Source of the DNA: Adineta vaga
Taxonomy: Eukaryota > Animalia > Rotifera
DNA: 64,000 nucleotides
Direction of reading: 5' to 3'
NCBI GenBank assembly: GCA_021613535.1
Contig: CP075496.1
Coordinates: 4,340,001-4,404,000, forward strand
This document shows positions 39,308 through 52,487 of this stretch, piece after piece. Below the pieces are notes generated by a model. That model saw only the letters and a program-made list of their open reading frames with translations, ran no database searches and was not told the DNA's origin. The first letter of the stretch is position 1, and each line of letters opens with the position of its first letter. A program made the position numbers and the translations under genes.

Positions 39308-42300
39308 TTATCTTGAATAATAAACACGATAATAGAGGGTCTTTGAACGCCATAATGAATAACTGTTATCAAATTTAAGTAAATAAACTCCATGACCAGG
39401 ATATTGATGACTACCAGCATAGATATCTTCATGAGATTCACGTCGAAATATCGGAACGATTTCATCTTGATATGGTTTGGGCTGTTTATTACTACTACTC
39501 GATGAACCTTTTTCAATATCTTTCTTTTCAGCTAAAATGAAATTAGTTTTCAAATTTCATTAGTTCGTTCTTTTTTATCATTTAATGAATACATACGATT
39601 CGCTCCATCTTCACCTTCTTCATCTTCTTCTTCACTTGAATCACTTACATGAACAGTAACGGTATTCGATTGAACTTTACTCCATTCGAAATAAAGGCCA
39701 AAACCTACATCATAATAATCCGTTGCAAATTCCCAGAATATACAACGACCATCTTCATGAGTTGGTACTCGAACCTAAATGATCATTATCAGTACTTCCT
39801 TAAACAACAATCATCTCTTACTGTCACTGTTTCACCACTACCAATTTTTATAACAGCATCTTTCTCTTTACGAACAGCATCTTTAAATTCTTTCATATCT
39901 TTACGTGTCCACATGTTTGCTGGTAAGATCGCTGGATATTCTGTTTAATAGAAATAGAAATTGAAATAAAATCAACTGATATGAATTCAAATTTGTTTTT
40001 ACATACCACGCGCACCATCATCATTGATCATAGCTAATTCACCTGCTGGATTCGATTCTGTATCATTATCATCGATAGATTCTTGCTTTCCACTTAAATC
40101 ATTATTAGTAGGTGGCTGTAATGGTGTATTGAGAGAGAGAGATTCAAATTGATTTTGAAATGGTACAGATCTATCATGTTTAGTTTCATCCATTTTATTC
40201 GTACCATTGGTTACTGGTGAAGGAGGTGGATGAGCAACAGATGGAAGTTGAGATGTAGATTGTTGTTCCATAGATGATTTCTATATGGAAAAATAGAATT
40301 GATCGTTTCGTTCTATTTCGAAATCTTACTGTTTGATGTTGTTGCTGAACTATTTGCTGATTATAAACTTGTTGCATATACTGTTGAAAATGTTGTTCCT
40401 GTAACTGACGAATTAATTCGTCTTGCTGAATAGATCAAAAGAAAAAAGATATACTGAATAATTATCTAGAATTAAAATATATAGAGAGCTTCTGTTATAC
40501 CGCTTGTCGATTATCTTTATATTGCTGTTCAGCGTAAGCTTTAAATTGTGGATAAGTTTGTTGGTTGAGAGCGTCTTGAATTTGTTTCCTAAATGCAAAA
40601 ACATGAAATTATGAAATTTCCTTATTTCTTCTTACTGTTGAAATTCGTCTCGTTTTTTTCTCTGTTCTTCTAACTGTGAAGCTTGTTCAAGTTCACGTTG
40701 TCTAGTTTGCTGAGCTTCTTGTTCTAGTGTACGGCGAAGTTCATCTTCTTTTCTAGAGATAATAAAAGAAAACAAATAGACGTTTATTTATATGCAAACA
40801 TTCAGACATTTACAAGTACCAGAAAAGAATTCTTCTTCTCTGCTTATACTACTAAATAGAATAGTCCGACTCTCGATTCACTCTTTCCAAAAGAAGAAGG
40901 AAAAATGAGAAATAACATGTTAGCATATGGTACATTTAATTCATTCTTGTGCCTTTCGTCATTAATATTATTAACGTAAACGATCAAAAAAAAATGAGAA
41001 CTTTTTTAAACCTATATGATTATTCAAGAAATGATCAGTTGTTTTTCTTTTGGAGAAAAAAATGAACTTGATAGCTGTGAAAAAAAGTCAGGCACTAGAT
41101 TTCTTTCTGTCGAGTAAAAAACGATTTAGTCAGACTTAGGGTTATTTTATTGGCGAAAAAACAATTGACAGTGGAAGAAAGATAGAAACAAGGCGGGAAA
41201 AAAACCGAGAAGAAATACAACGGACCTTCATTCTTCTTCGTGTCTCGTGCCTATTTCTCCTATAGATCAAATCTGAGTATGCATACAATATTGGATTCCT
41301 TCTTCATCGTTCTCTCTTTCTCTCCCTCTCCCTCTCCCTCTCTATATTTTTCTTTTTCTCTATTTCTTTCTTTCTCTTTCTCGTATGTGTTCACTACTAA
41401 GGAAAAAAAATGCAACCGAACAGCGGCAACTACGAGAAACAACAGCCATCAATAGTAATATAACGTCATTTATTAGTTGATAGAAGGAAAGGAAAGAGAA
41501 TAGAATGGAACATAGTTGAGTAGAAATTCAGTGTGGTGTACGATCATATTGAAGAGAAATAATGAAAGACGAACAGCAACAGAATATATAAAACAATGTT
41601 ACAGTTGCGAGAAGTAGGTGTGAGAATGGTAGACTAGGATCAAAATTAAGTCAGATAGGAAACAAAACTCATCAGATATTCTTTTTTTCTCTCGTCTGAG
41701 AAAACAATTGTTATTCAAGTTGTATTGGAGTGAACAACAATATTCTTACTTATTCAATCATGTTTCTCTTTGGTTAAAAAAAAACAAAGCTAGTCGGTAA
41801 TATGCATGATTTTGTGAATAGTTTCAAACTACACGTAGGAGTAGTGCAATTAACTAGTTCTATTTTTAAATCTCATATTTCTTGAATGAATATTAGGTCA
41901 CTTATTCAGAATAGATATTATTTTACATCAATGACGTGACAGCTTATCAATGAAATACGGAATTGTTGATATAAATTTGAGATGTTCATAAATGCAATGA
42001 TTAAGTTCATTTATAGTAAATAAAAAGATTTTATTATTTTTACTTTAATCGTTCTTTTTCTTCACTTTCAACATGATGTGCTTCTAAATGAAGTCGAAAA
42101 GTTGGACAACGTTCAAATAATAATTTAATAAATTCTTCTTTTGCTTGTTCTTTCGACATGTCTCCTAATGTACTCCATGCTTGTCTAAAACAAACACAAC
42201 TATCTTTGTGGAAATTTTTGTTTTGAGATGTTCGTTTACTTTCGATCATTTCCAACGACATCCAAAAGACCAACACTGGGTATAAGATGAATCCCATTTA

Positions 42301-42579
42301 CCGATAGTTGCTTGTTTTGTCAAAGCAGCAAATCGAATATTATCAGCATATTTTAATTGAATTGCTTTACTTCCTTGTTTTTCTTTGAAGAATAGAAAAA
42401 AAAATTGACGAGAAATCCGTAAAGTGAATTGAAAGATTCATTGAATAGAATTTACCTTTGAGAAAATGTCGTGCCATATTGAATAAATCGTCCATTGGAA
42501 ATCCAAATTCTTCTGTTAGAGTTGGCGAACGATTTTCATCTGTGATTATATCACCGTTATTTGTTGTGTGAGAAGACAT
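39308..42579 (-). CDS. ACBD3: Golgi resident protein GCP60 / acyl-CoA binding domain containing 3
   Basis: ACBP domain ([12 protein letters not shown]...[18 protein letters not shown]), charged and Gln-rich regions, GOLD domain ending [45 protein letters not shown]. Confidence 0.95.
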
Positions 42580-42979
42580 AGTTTTATTTGGATTCGATGC
42601 TGCAACGATTATTTGACCAAAATAATTATCAGCAAGGATTTCATCGTAACGCAATGTCATGAACAAAATATATCTTTGTCGATTTATTGTTTTTTTCTTG
42701 ACGTTCAAGAAATCAAAATGATTGAGAATGTTAGGTTTTTATATTCAAGGTATTTGACCGACAAAACTTTGCTTACGACAGCATCTGTGAGATACTCAAA
42801 TGGACAACAACATAGGCCAATGAGAAGATCGAACGACAGAGGTGAAATGTTGATTGTCATGTCAATATATCCATCTTGATTGGTGGGTTATTTGTTTCGA
42901 AAACGAATCGTAATATCTGTGTAAAATGGAATGACTGACCTTTCTTTTTATTAAATTGTATTAAAAAAACGTGTAAATA
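42580..42979. promoter_or_regulatory. Putative bidirectional promoter for ACBD3/TVP23
   Basis: 400 nt between divergent ATGs; CCAAT at 42817 (+) and ATTGG at 42879 (- strand CCAAT). Confidence 0.5.
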
Positions 42980-44078
42980 ATGGCACAATTATTAACAAAT
43001 GAAGAAGAAGTTTTAGAAGCTTTTGATCCATCAATTGCAGCTTCAAGACGATTTAAGTATGATGAATTTGTAAATAAACTTATGAATTTCTATCGTTGAC
43101 TGAAATCTTTCACATAATATATCGTTGATCTGTACTTTATAAAATTTCTGGTATTCTATCCAACATAAGTTTCATATCGATAGGAATTTATGAGAATTAC
43201 AAAAATAAAACAGTCTGTTTTTCGAAAGATATAATATTGACGAATATGATTGTCTTATCAAATCCATAACATAATTAGATGATTAAAGATTTTTATAAAC
43301 TAATCAATAAACATGTATCGTATTTAGACATCCAATCGCCGTTTTCTTCCATATGGCATTTCGTTCATTAGCAATTGTTGCTTATTTCGTCTGTTCATGG
43401 GCTAAAGCAAGTTTTGTAACATCATTTGTAATTATCATTGTTTTACTTTCAATGGATTTTTGGACCGTGAAAAATATTACTGGTCGTCTACTAGCTGGTC
43501 TTCGTTATTGGAATTATGTTGATGATGCAGGAAATAATCATTGGATATTTGAATCGAAAAAAGTGAGAAAATCATATCAATCTATTGTTGATCAAAACTA
43601 TTTCTATTTTAGGGAACGGATAAGAATACTGTTTCATCGATTGAATCGAACATTTTTTGGCTTTCGTTAGTTTTTACAATACTTCTATGGGTGATTTTAA
43701 CAATTACAACATTATTTTCTCCAACATATATTGTAAAGAATTTGTTTGATTTTTATCAATCATTATCATTCTTTGTTGTGAATTATTTAGATTATTACAG
43801 GTGTTGCTTTAGCATTGAATATTACAAATCTATACGGTTTTGTTCGTTGTAAAGTAAGACGATTATACTCGATTTATGACAAACAAAAAATACAATCGTT
43901 TATTGTTTTGTCTTTTTAGTTTGGTTCCAACGGAAAGATATCTGATGAAATGAAGAAAACTGTTTTTAAATCATTCCTATCACGTGTGACTACGGGTGGT
44001 GGTGATGGTGGTGGTCTTATTCCGACTTCTGGTGATAATCAACAAGCAGCAAACGCCCGAACAATGTTTGGGCCATGA
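42980..44078 (+). CDS. TVP23: Golgi membrane protein TVP23 homolog
   Basis: [16 protein letters not shown]...[38 protein letters not shown]...NLYGFVRC. Confidence 0.95.
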
Positions 44079-44563
44079 AAACAATTATTTTACCCAAACG
44101 TCTTCGTTTTCTTTTCTTCCTCGTTTTATTTATTTATATGTAATATATATTGTTATCATGGATATGTATACATGTGACAAGAAAACAAAGGAGGTGTTCA
44201 AGGTTTATTATTTAGAAAAATATTATTTATATTGCTTTTCACCTTGATCTTCGAAAGAAAGCATACAGGAACATAACTTGTATTGACAGAATGATCTAAT
44301 GAAGAATTGTAGTTTCTATCCTTGTCTTGATATCAGAATTTCGATCAGAATGAAATTTAACATCTCAATTAATAAATATCACGAATAGAAATCTTGTTTT
44401 CATGGATTTATACTTTCTTATACATAAAAGTCCATTAATACGATTAAGCATAACCTTGGATCTACGCTTGGCATGTGATGTTTTTGTGTGTACAGTTATA
44501 TGAAAAGATATAAACTTCGCTCCGTTCTCCATCGATCAGTACATTTTGAGAATCACATCGATA

Positions 44564-45559
44564 ATGTTGTTTATTACTTTTCTTTTCGTTTTTATTCAAT
44601 ATTTTGCCATTTTTGAACTATGTTCCGGTCATGGTTATTTAGCGGATCCACCAGCACGAAGTTCAGCTTGGTTATTTGATCATGACTTTACATCATGTTG
44701 TCAATATTACAATCACGCAGAAATGTTTTGTGGAGGACTAGTTCATCAATGGACAAGTCAAAGTAAAGAAATATTTGCTTGATTGAAAAAAGAATATTTT
44801 CAAAAATAAAAACTCGTTTTCAGAAGGAAAATGTTCAATATGTGGTGAAGCTTACGATGCGAAACCAACACTATTTGGTAAAGGTGATGCAATGTATTTA
44901 GGAAAAATTGTTCGTCGATATACTCAAGGTTCATTCATTCCTGTAACTGTTGTTGTATGTTTATATTCAATTTCTTCTTTTTCTATTAGTTTACTTTCAT
45001 ATCTTAGTTAACAGCTAACCATCGAGGTTCATTTGAATTTCGTCTCTGTAATATCGATAATAATAATAATCAAGATGCAACGCAAAGTTGTCTAGATTTA
45101 AATTTATTGTACATTGTCAATGGATCAACAAAATACTATGTTGAATCTAAATTTACTACAATACATGTCAATGTATCTTTACCAGCGAATGTTACATGTA
45201 AACATTGTGTTTTTCAATGGAAATATGTTACTGGAAATAGTTGGGGACAACATAATGGACGATCTTGTCTTGGATGTGGAAATCAAAATGAAGAATTTTA
45301 TGGTTGTTCAGATATCGCAATTCATGATGAACTTGAAAATATTATTGAACCTACCATTAATACTACAAAAGCAATAGATACTCCTCGAAAATGTGCTACA
45401 GCTATGTCCTTTAGTCGATCATTTGATCTGACTGGTCTAATGGGACAATATTGCGAACGAATTTGTTCGAATGATTGTGCGATTGAAAAAGAAAAGAATA
45501 ACACTGAACTACACAGTCGTTGTGTACAATCCTGTAATAAACTTTGTATTTGTCAATAG
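44564..45559 (+). CDS. Lytic polysaccharide monooxygenase, AA15-like, with Cys-rich C-terminal module, 3 exons
   Basis: Signal peptide followed by His1 HGYLADPPARSSAW, FCGG, KCSICGE, LTANHRGSFEFRLC, CKHCVFQWKYVTGNSWG, GCGNQNEEFYGCSDI. Confidence 0.9.
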
Positions 45560-45641
45560 AATTTTTTTATTTGTTTGTTTTATTTTTTATTCAAATTAAT
45601 TTTGTATCAATATCAATTGCTTTTATCGATAGATTTGTAGA

Positions 45642-45732
45642 TTATTTTTATGACAAATATATTCATGCTGAACTCTTGATTAAAATCATTTCAAGTTAAG
45701 CAATCAATTCGATAACTTTATCATAAGAATAA
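45642..45732 (-). promoter_or_regulatory. SECIS element (type II) in the SelN 3' UTR
   Basis: Helix I UUAUGAUAAA/UUUGUCAUAA; core UUGAU.../UGAA; helix II UGCU-U-AACU / AGUU-C-AGCA; unpaired AAA; apical mini-stem UGAUU/AAUCA. Begins ~35 nt after the TAG stop. Confidence 0.85.
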
Positions 45733-45767
45733 GTCTAACAAATGATATCGAACAAATCAATTGATGA

Positions 45768-47845
45768 CTAATTTTGTCGATCTAATGCTCGTTCAAGAAA
45801 ATGAATGTATCGTTTTGTTGGAAGATTTGTACCATCGGAAATTCTAGAAAGATATAAATAAAATTTTTTAAATTAATTGATTATCTTTATATTTTACATA
45901 TTTAGAAATTGTTCTGATGTTGATTCAAAATTTAATAAATCATTAGCATTCATTTTAGCAATAACAGTACCATCATGTTGTTGAATCATTGATTGAACAG
46001 GAAACGAATAATTATCAAGTGCTTGTTTTGCACGTTGAGAATCTTTGATTGCATCATTTGATTGATTAGAAATAATAGCCTAAATGAGAGAGAAAAAATG
46101 TTTTGAAAATCAAAAATTTCATTTACTTTTAAATCGACCACTAATGCCCATGTTGATACAAAATATTCACGCAATAAATGTTGAACGGCCGAACTTTCGA
46201 GAACTAAATAAGAGCGTGTGTTATTTTCTCTCGTAGAAATATTCTATCCTACCTGTTTCTCGTAAAGTCCGGCCAGAACCTCAGCATGATTGATCATCCA
46301 ATGCACCCCAAAGAATAATTGTGTGAATTAATTTATTCGTTTCTTCAGCTTTTTGAAATGCTTGACGATATTCGTAATATGGAATCTGTAATATATAGAA
46401 CTATTTGAATATCTTGACAATTGTTTTGTTTTACTTCTTTAAATGGATAAAAGAATCGTTCAAGTAAATCATATGTTGCTTGTTCATTTAGAAAAGTTCC
46501 ATTCATCCAATTGAATGATTTCAAAAGATTCTCATATAATCTATCATTCAATGATGAAACGAAATGTTCCGATGACGTTCCAGTTTCATTCATATTAATT
46601 GAGGGTGCTGCTGAACGTAATTCCATACGAGGCATATATCCTATATCAACTTCCATGGAAGTTGACGGACCACCACGATTAGTTAACCATTCCATATCTA
46701 TTTTAAACAAAAGTCTAATTTATTAACTTCAGAAAGAAGATTTGATGAACTAAATATTCATTACCAATATTCAATCGTTTTTCGTTCGGTACATACATAT
46801 GAAAGTAAGTTAATTCAGAAGTATTTTCATGAATTATTAGACGACCTTGAAATTGAGCAGGTGTGTACCAGAATGGATGATAAGGTGGAGTATTTAATTG
46901 AAACTCTGCATGTATTCTATGAGAATGAATCAAATATTTTTCTTTGTATGCGAAAAAAGAGAAGAAATTTCAATACAAACCGAAAATAGATATCAAGAAA
47001 TGGTCCATGTCGAGCGCGAATGACTGCAGCAGTACCTTGTGGAGGAAATCTTGAAAGAATAAATGGACGTACATGAAACATGCTCAATAGACGATGAAAA
47101 ATCACATGATTATTGGCAACATCGGATGGATAATATCTATATGATGGATTGTGTTTTTAATCTATGTAAAGTTCATTATTTCTTACCGATTTGATGATAG
47201 ATGTTCAGTCCGTTGTTGTTGATTTCCTTCTATAATCCAATAGGGTTTACCAATTTGAATTTCTTTCGGGAGAAATGATTTAAAATGTCGTACAGCAAAG
47301 TTTAATCGAGGAATAAATGGATGTGTCCATAATTTCAATGAATGAAGTTCATCTAGCTCTATAATAATCTTTGGAAAATAGAGAATCAAAATTCAAATGT
47401 TAGATTAACAAACGAGATATGCATGGCGTATATTTTGAGACATTGTTGAAAAATTCATTGGTTCAAAAAAGGCATTTATAGTTACTAATTGATCCGAATT
47501 GAATATAGGTTGAATATAATCAGTGGAATGTTTTTTATTATTGAATTGAAAGGCAACCGATTCGAATTCATCTATAGATAGATAATTATCATCATTTCGA
47601 TCATATTTTCGAAATAGATGAAGAATTTCTGATGGATAATATTGATTGTCCAGTGGATTCTCATGGATTAAATAATGTTTTAATTTATTTATGATTATAA
47701 ATAATAGAGTAAATAAAATAATTGTCAGACTAAATAGGAATATACATCGTCCAGGGATTTTATAACGTGAAAGCTTTGGTTGTTTAGTTTGATTTCCATT
47801 TGATTTCGATCGTGGATCTTCTTTTCGTTGTCGAAGATCGTTCAT
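45768..47845 (-). CDS. SELENON: Selenoprotein N (Sec encoded by TGA at 46283-46281)
   Basis: TM helix, EF-hand DRNDDNYLSIDEF, RFPPQGTAAVIRA, RIHAEFQLN...WYTPAQFQGRL, DMEWL...EVDIGYMPRMEL and the signature [24 protein letters not shown]. Confidence 0.95.
46187..46274 (-). promoter_or_regulatory. Selenocysteine redefinition element (SRE)-like hairpin split by an intron
   Basis: After removing intron 46252-46204 the mRNA reads UGA GGUUCU GGCCGGACUUU-A-CGAGAA ACAG UUCUCG-AAAGUUCGGCC, a 17-bp stem starting 6 nt after UGA. Confidence 0.8.
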
Positions 47846-49143
47846 TTTTATTCAAACATAGAAAAGATTTGTATTCTATTGATTGATTGATTGTCTACAT
47901 GTCTTTCACATGCAAATAGAAATTAAATGAATAAAGTTAGTTCGAGAAAAAAAACCCGATATAGATGAACTTAGTTCTTGAGAATATTTACATCTGTTCG
48001 ATTTTGTTATCACAATGAGAACAGTTTTATCTTTTGGACTTTCTTAAGATCTAAGAAATGAATGGAAAAGTACTGTAGGAGGGAAAAATGTTTTTTATCT
48101 GTCTTCTCAATTAATTCGATCAATGAAGAAATTGATTTTTTATAAGGTAATAAGAAAATATCTATTTTTTCTTCGTATATAATAGATTGGCTTGTTGATA
48201 GGATCATTCATCACTGCCATCTGTCGGTACCTCTCGAATTACTTTGATGATCGTCGCTAATCACAGCTGTTTCGAATGCAAATAAATAAATAAACAACTG
48301 GTAATGTCCACATAAAGACGTGTAAATGTTTATTACTTTACTTGTCGGACATGGATAGAGGTTGTTTTTCGTTATGGCTTCGTAAGATATGTATTTATGC
48401 ATGCACATAGTTTACTTCGAAATCAATTCGAAAATTCTATAAGATTTCGTTAATATCGATTGAATTCTTCATATCTCTTATTACATCGCATGTATAATAA
48501 AAAAATGAAAAGATGAATTTCTCGTATTTAGCTAAAGGTTTGAATATTTATTTGTTTTTATTATTGAAAACGAGTCTTTTCTTTTTAGAAATTCAAAGAA
48601 ATCTCATTGTATAACCAATCATTTGTTGTTAATATAAAAACTAGGTCAAGAAGAATTAGTACATATTTTTCATAGAAAAGACTTAGTCTATATAATTGGA
48701 TAGTAATGTTTGGATAAACTTAATAGAGGATTATTTCTTGATTTGAGATTCGAAAAAAAAGTCATCTATTTCGTATATGTGAATATGCGTACCTCTTTTG
48801 ATTGGGTCCTAAATGCAATTATTTTTTTTAATAGAAAATAATACTGAAAAAAATGTAGCTAGAAAACGATTCTATGCATATAAACATTTTCTTTGTACAA
48901 TTTTCCAGATAGAATTTTGTTCGATGACGTATTTGTTCTTATCAATACATAAATAGAATAGCCTGAAGTTATTTTCTTTTTTGTTCTATTTATTTTTTAG
49001 ATTTTTCTTTTTAGTAGGAAGTGTGGAGGAGTTAGTTATATATTTTAGTTAGATCATTTGGGTAAGTGAATTTCATCTCGAAAAAAGCAAACTCGGAATC
49101 AATTATTAATTATGTTTTCGATTGTAATTTTTAGAGTATAAGA

Positions 49144-51651
49144 ATGGCTTCATCATCCGTTGATAATGTAGAGTCTCCCCTATCAATAGCAAATCCTTCT
49201 GGTGAAGATGAAAAATCCGTAACAAATTATCCTGATGAACAACATCGAAAATTATTTATTGGTGGATTATGTTATACAACTGCAGATGATAAATTAAAGT
49301 AAAAGGAAATATTTTTGCCAATGAATCATATCTATTTAATTGATCTTCTAGAGAATATTGCTCACAATACGGTGAAATAACTGAATGTATAGTTATGCGA
49401 GATCGTGAAGGTCGATCACGTGGTTTTGCATTTGTTAGTTTTAAAGGTTTGTTGATGATTGAAATTTTATTAGAAAATAAAATTTATTGCCTATATATAA
49501 AAGATCGAGCAATGGTTGATGGTTTTATGGCACATCGACCACATACAATTGATGGACGACAAACTGAACCGAAACGTGCCATGCCACGTGATGAAGCATC
49601 GAGAGCAGAAGGCCAACTTACAGTTAAGAAACTTTTCATTGGAGGTGTTAAAGAAGAAGTAACTGAAGATGATCTGAAGTAAGAAAGAGAATTCACTAGA
49701 GAATGGAATATTATATTTTCTTTGTTTTTAGAACTTATTTTCAAAATTTTGGTTCTATAGTTGAATGTAAAATTATGAAAGATAAAGAAGGTTTGCGAAT
49801 GTTTTTCTTAGAATTAATTTATAAAACTAATTTATTGGACTTTTTTGTTAGATAAACCTCGTGGTTTTGCATTTATTACATATGACGATTATGATTCAGT
49901 TGATCGTTGTATACTTGAAAAACCTCATATAATTAATGGTAGAGAATTAGACGTACGTAAAGCAATACCTCGCGATCAAACTTCACGTCCGAATGCTTTT
50001 CTATTCAATACAAATCCTTTAAACATTGATTTTTATTATCCACAAAATCGTTATCACCCACATTTAATGTTTAATCATCCAACATTAGCTTCTCCACCAT
50101 TTCCACCCTATGCATTTTTTCCTCCATCAAATTACCTATCAAAACCTATGCCATTAATGAGCACATCAAATTCTTGTTCACAACCAGGTTCTATTCCGCC
50201 AACTGTGCCACCAACGTTTATTCTACCACCAGAAATAGCAAATACTGCTATGTTTCGTAATCAAACATTTCCTTCGCCACCACCTTCAACTTCATCTATA
50301 GTAAGAACAAATAATAATAATAATAATAATAATACGAATTCAAATGCACAATATCAAAATGGCAATAAAAACAAAGTAAATAATGATGTTCAATTAGCAA
50401 CAAATGATATATCGAAAAATTCTCAAGTTACTTTAATCAATCCGGGAATGGTCAATTGTTCTACACCGATGAAATCAAAACCAAAGTAATATTTTCATCC
50501 ATTATTTATTTGATATTTAATATTGTTTTTCTAGATCACAGCGTTATTATACGGGTTCAACATATGATGGTCAGTCCGAACAACATCGAAAATTGTTTAT
50601 TGGTGGATTATCTTTTAAGTAAGTATTCTCGAGCGATAGTTGACTTTGAATTACATGAGAATTATTTTTAAGAACTACCGATGAAACATTAAAAGAATAT
50701 GTAACAAAATTTGGTGAAGTGAGCGATTCATTAGTAATGAAAGATCAAAATGGTCAATCACGATGTTTTGGTTTTGTAACATTTATTGATCCACAAGTAA
50801 TTGATGAATTTATGAAACAACGACCACATATTCTTGATGGCCGTCAAATTGATCCAAAACGAGCAAGTATGAAAAAATTTGTCACATTAACGATTTTTTC
50901 ATATAATTTGTTTTATTCTTGTCTTCCATCATAGTGCCACGTGAAGAAGCGAATAATGATGAAGTTCATTTGACAGTTAAGAAAATTTTTATTGGTGGTA
51001 TACGTGATGGACTTGATGAAGATGCATTAAGAAAATACTTTGAAAAATATGGTCATATCAATGATTGTTTTCTCATGCATGATAAAGATGGTAAAACACG
51101 TGGTTTTGCATTTCTAGAATTTGATGGTAAGTTATACAGAGTCTGTTTGAAATTTACAAAATTTCAAATGACAATTTGACGAGATAGACAATATATTTCG
51201 TTCAGTTTGTACATATAATTAAATTGATATTATTGTAGACTTCGATTCCGTTGACAAAGTTATCCTAAGTCGACCTCATATAATTGGTGAATATCGTGTT
51301 GATGTTAAAAAAGCTGTACCAAAAGATCAACGTCAATTACAAACTCAACAACAACAACTTCAATTTCAACAGCAACAACAACAACAACAATATGCTCTTC
51401 AAATGCAAGCTACCGCAGCGTATCAATACTATTATAATAATTCACCATACAATCTTTTAACTAATGCTAGTGGTACTCTTCCAATATCATCTCCTCCGTC
51501 ATTGATGACTCATAATGGTAATACTGGTGCTGGTTTAGATGATCTTTTCTCTCATCTTCGAACATCGAACAATACAACTAATATTTCGAATTCTTTTCGT
51601 TATATTCCTACACGCAATAATCGTCGACAATCATCACGTGGTAGTCAATAA
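49144..51651 (+). CDS. hnRNP A/B (Musashi/Hrp-like) RNA-binding protein with four RRMs
   Basis: Two RRM pairs, each starting EQHRKLFIGGL, with RNP1 RGFAFV / RGFAFI / RCFGFV / RGFAFL; joined in frame across a Pro/Asn-rich linker (intron 50486-50534). Confidence 0.85.
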
Positions 51652-52487
51652 TACAATTGATTATTATTTTTTTACTTTGTTTATCCTTTTTTTCTTACAA
51701 TTTATTCATCTATATCTATATCTATATATATACATATATATGTTTATATTTATACACATATCAACATATGTGTATGTGTGTCTAAAAGCAAAACTCAATC
51801 ACTCACTCAATATGGGAAGTGAAAATGGTGAACTAAGAAAAAAAAGACAAACAAATAGAAAAAAAACCGAAGTGCGTTTGTTTTGTTTGATGTTACTTTT
51901 CTTTTTTTCTAGTATTAGTGCTATTTATATTCTTCTTGTTATTCTTTATTTCTCTATTTCTTTTTTTTATTTTAATCATTCACAAAGCGAGCTTTCCCAT
52001 ACTTATGCATCTACATTTCTATATACATACATATCTAAACTGTCTTCTACAGTTTAAAAACAAAAATTATAGCTATGAATAATTGGGGAAGAAAAGATCC
52101 GATTGTTATTTTCACTTTTTTTAAAAAGAAAACCAAATGCTCATTTTTAAGAATAAAACTATTGATAATAGGTTTTTCTTTCAGATTTGTTTTGTAATGT
52201 AAAGTTACTACTATTGACAGCAACCGGTAAGTCGAATATATCTTGATAGCTATCTAAATATCGAACATAAGCGATATGAAGTATACTAATAAAGCATATA
52301 GATAAATGACGTGTTTCCTTTAACATTCGAAATCGATGTACAACTAGTATACATAGTGAAGAAATCATATCGAATTGCTTTTTGATAATAAATTGCCAGC
52401 CATATCACTAATATTTCTGATCATTTGAGGAAAAGAATCGAATATAATGAAGATGATTGGTTTTTTTTCATCTATGCATAGAACAAG

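Noticed and set aside
43059-43103. Box C/D-like motifs in TVP23 intron 1
   Set aside because: Too short, abuts the splice donor and has no terminal stem.
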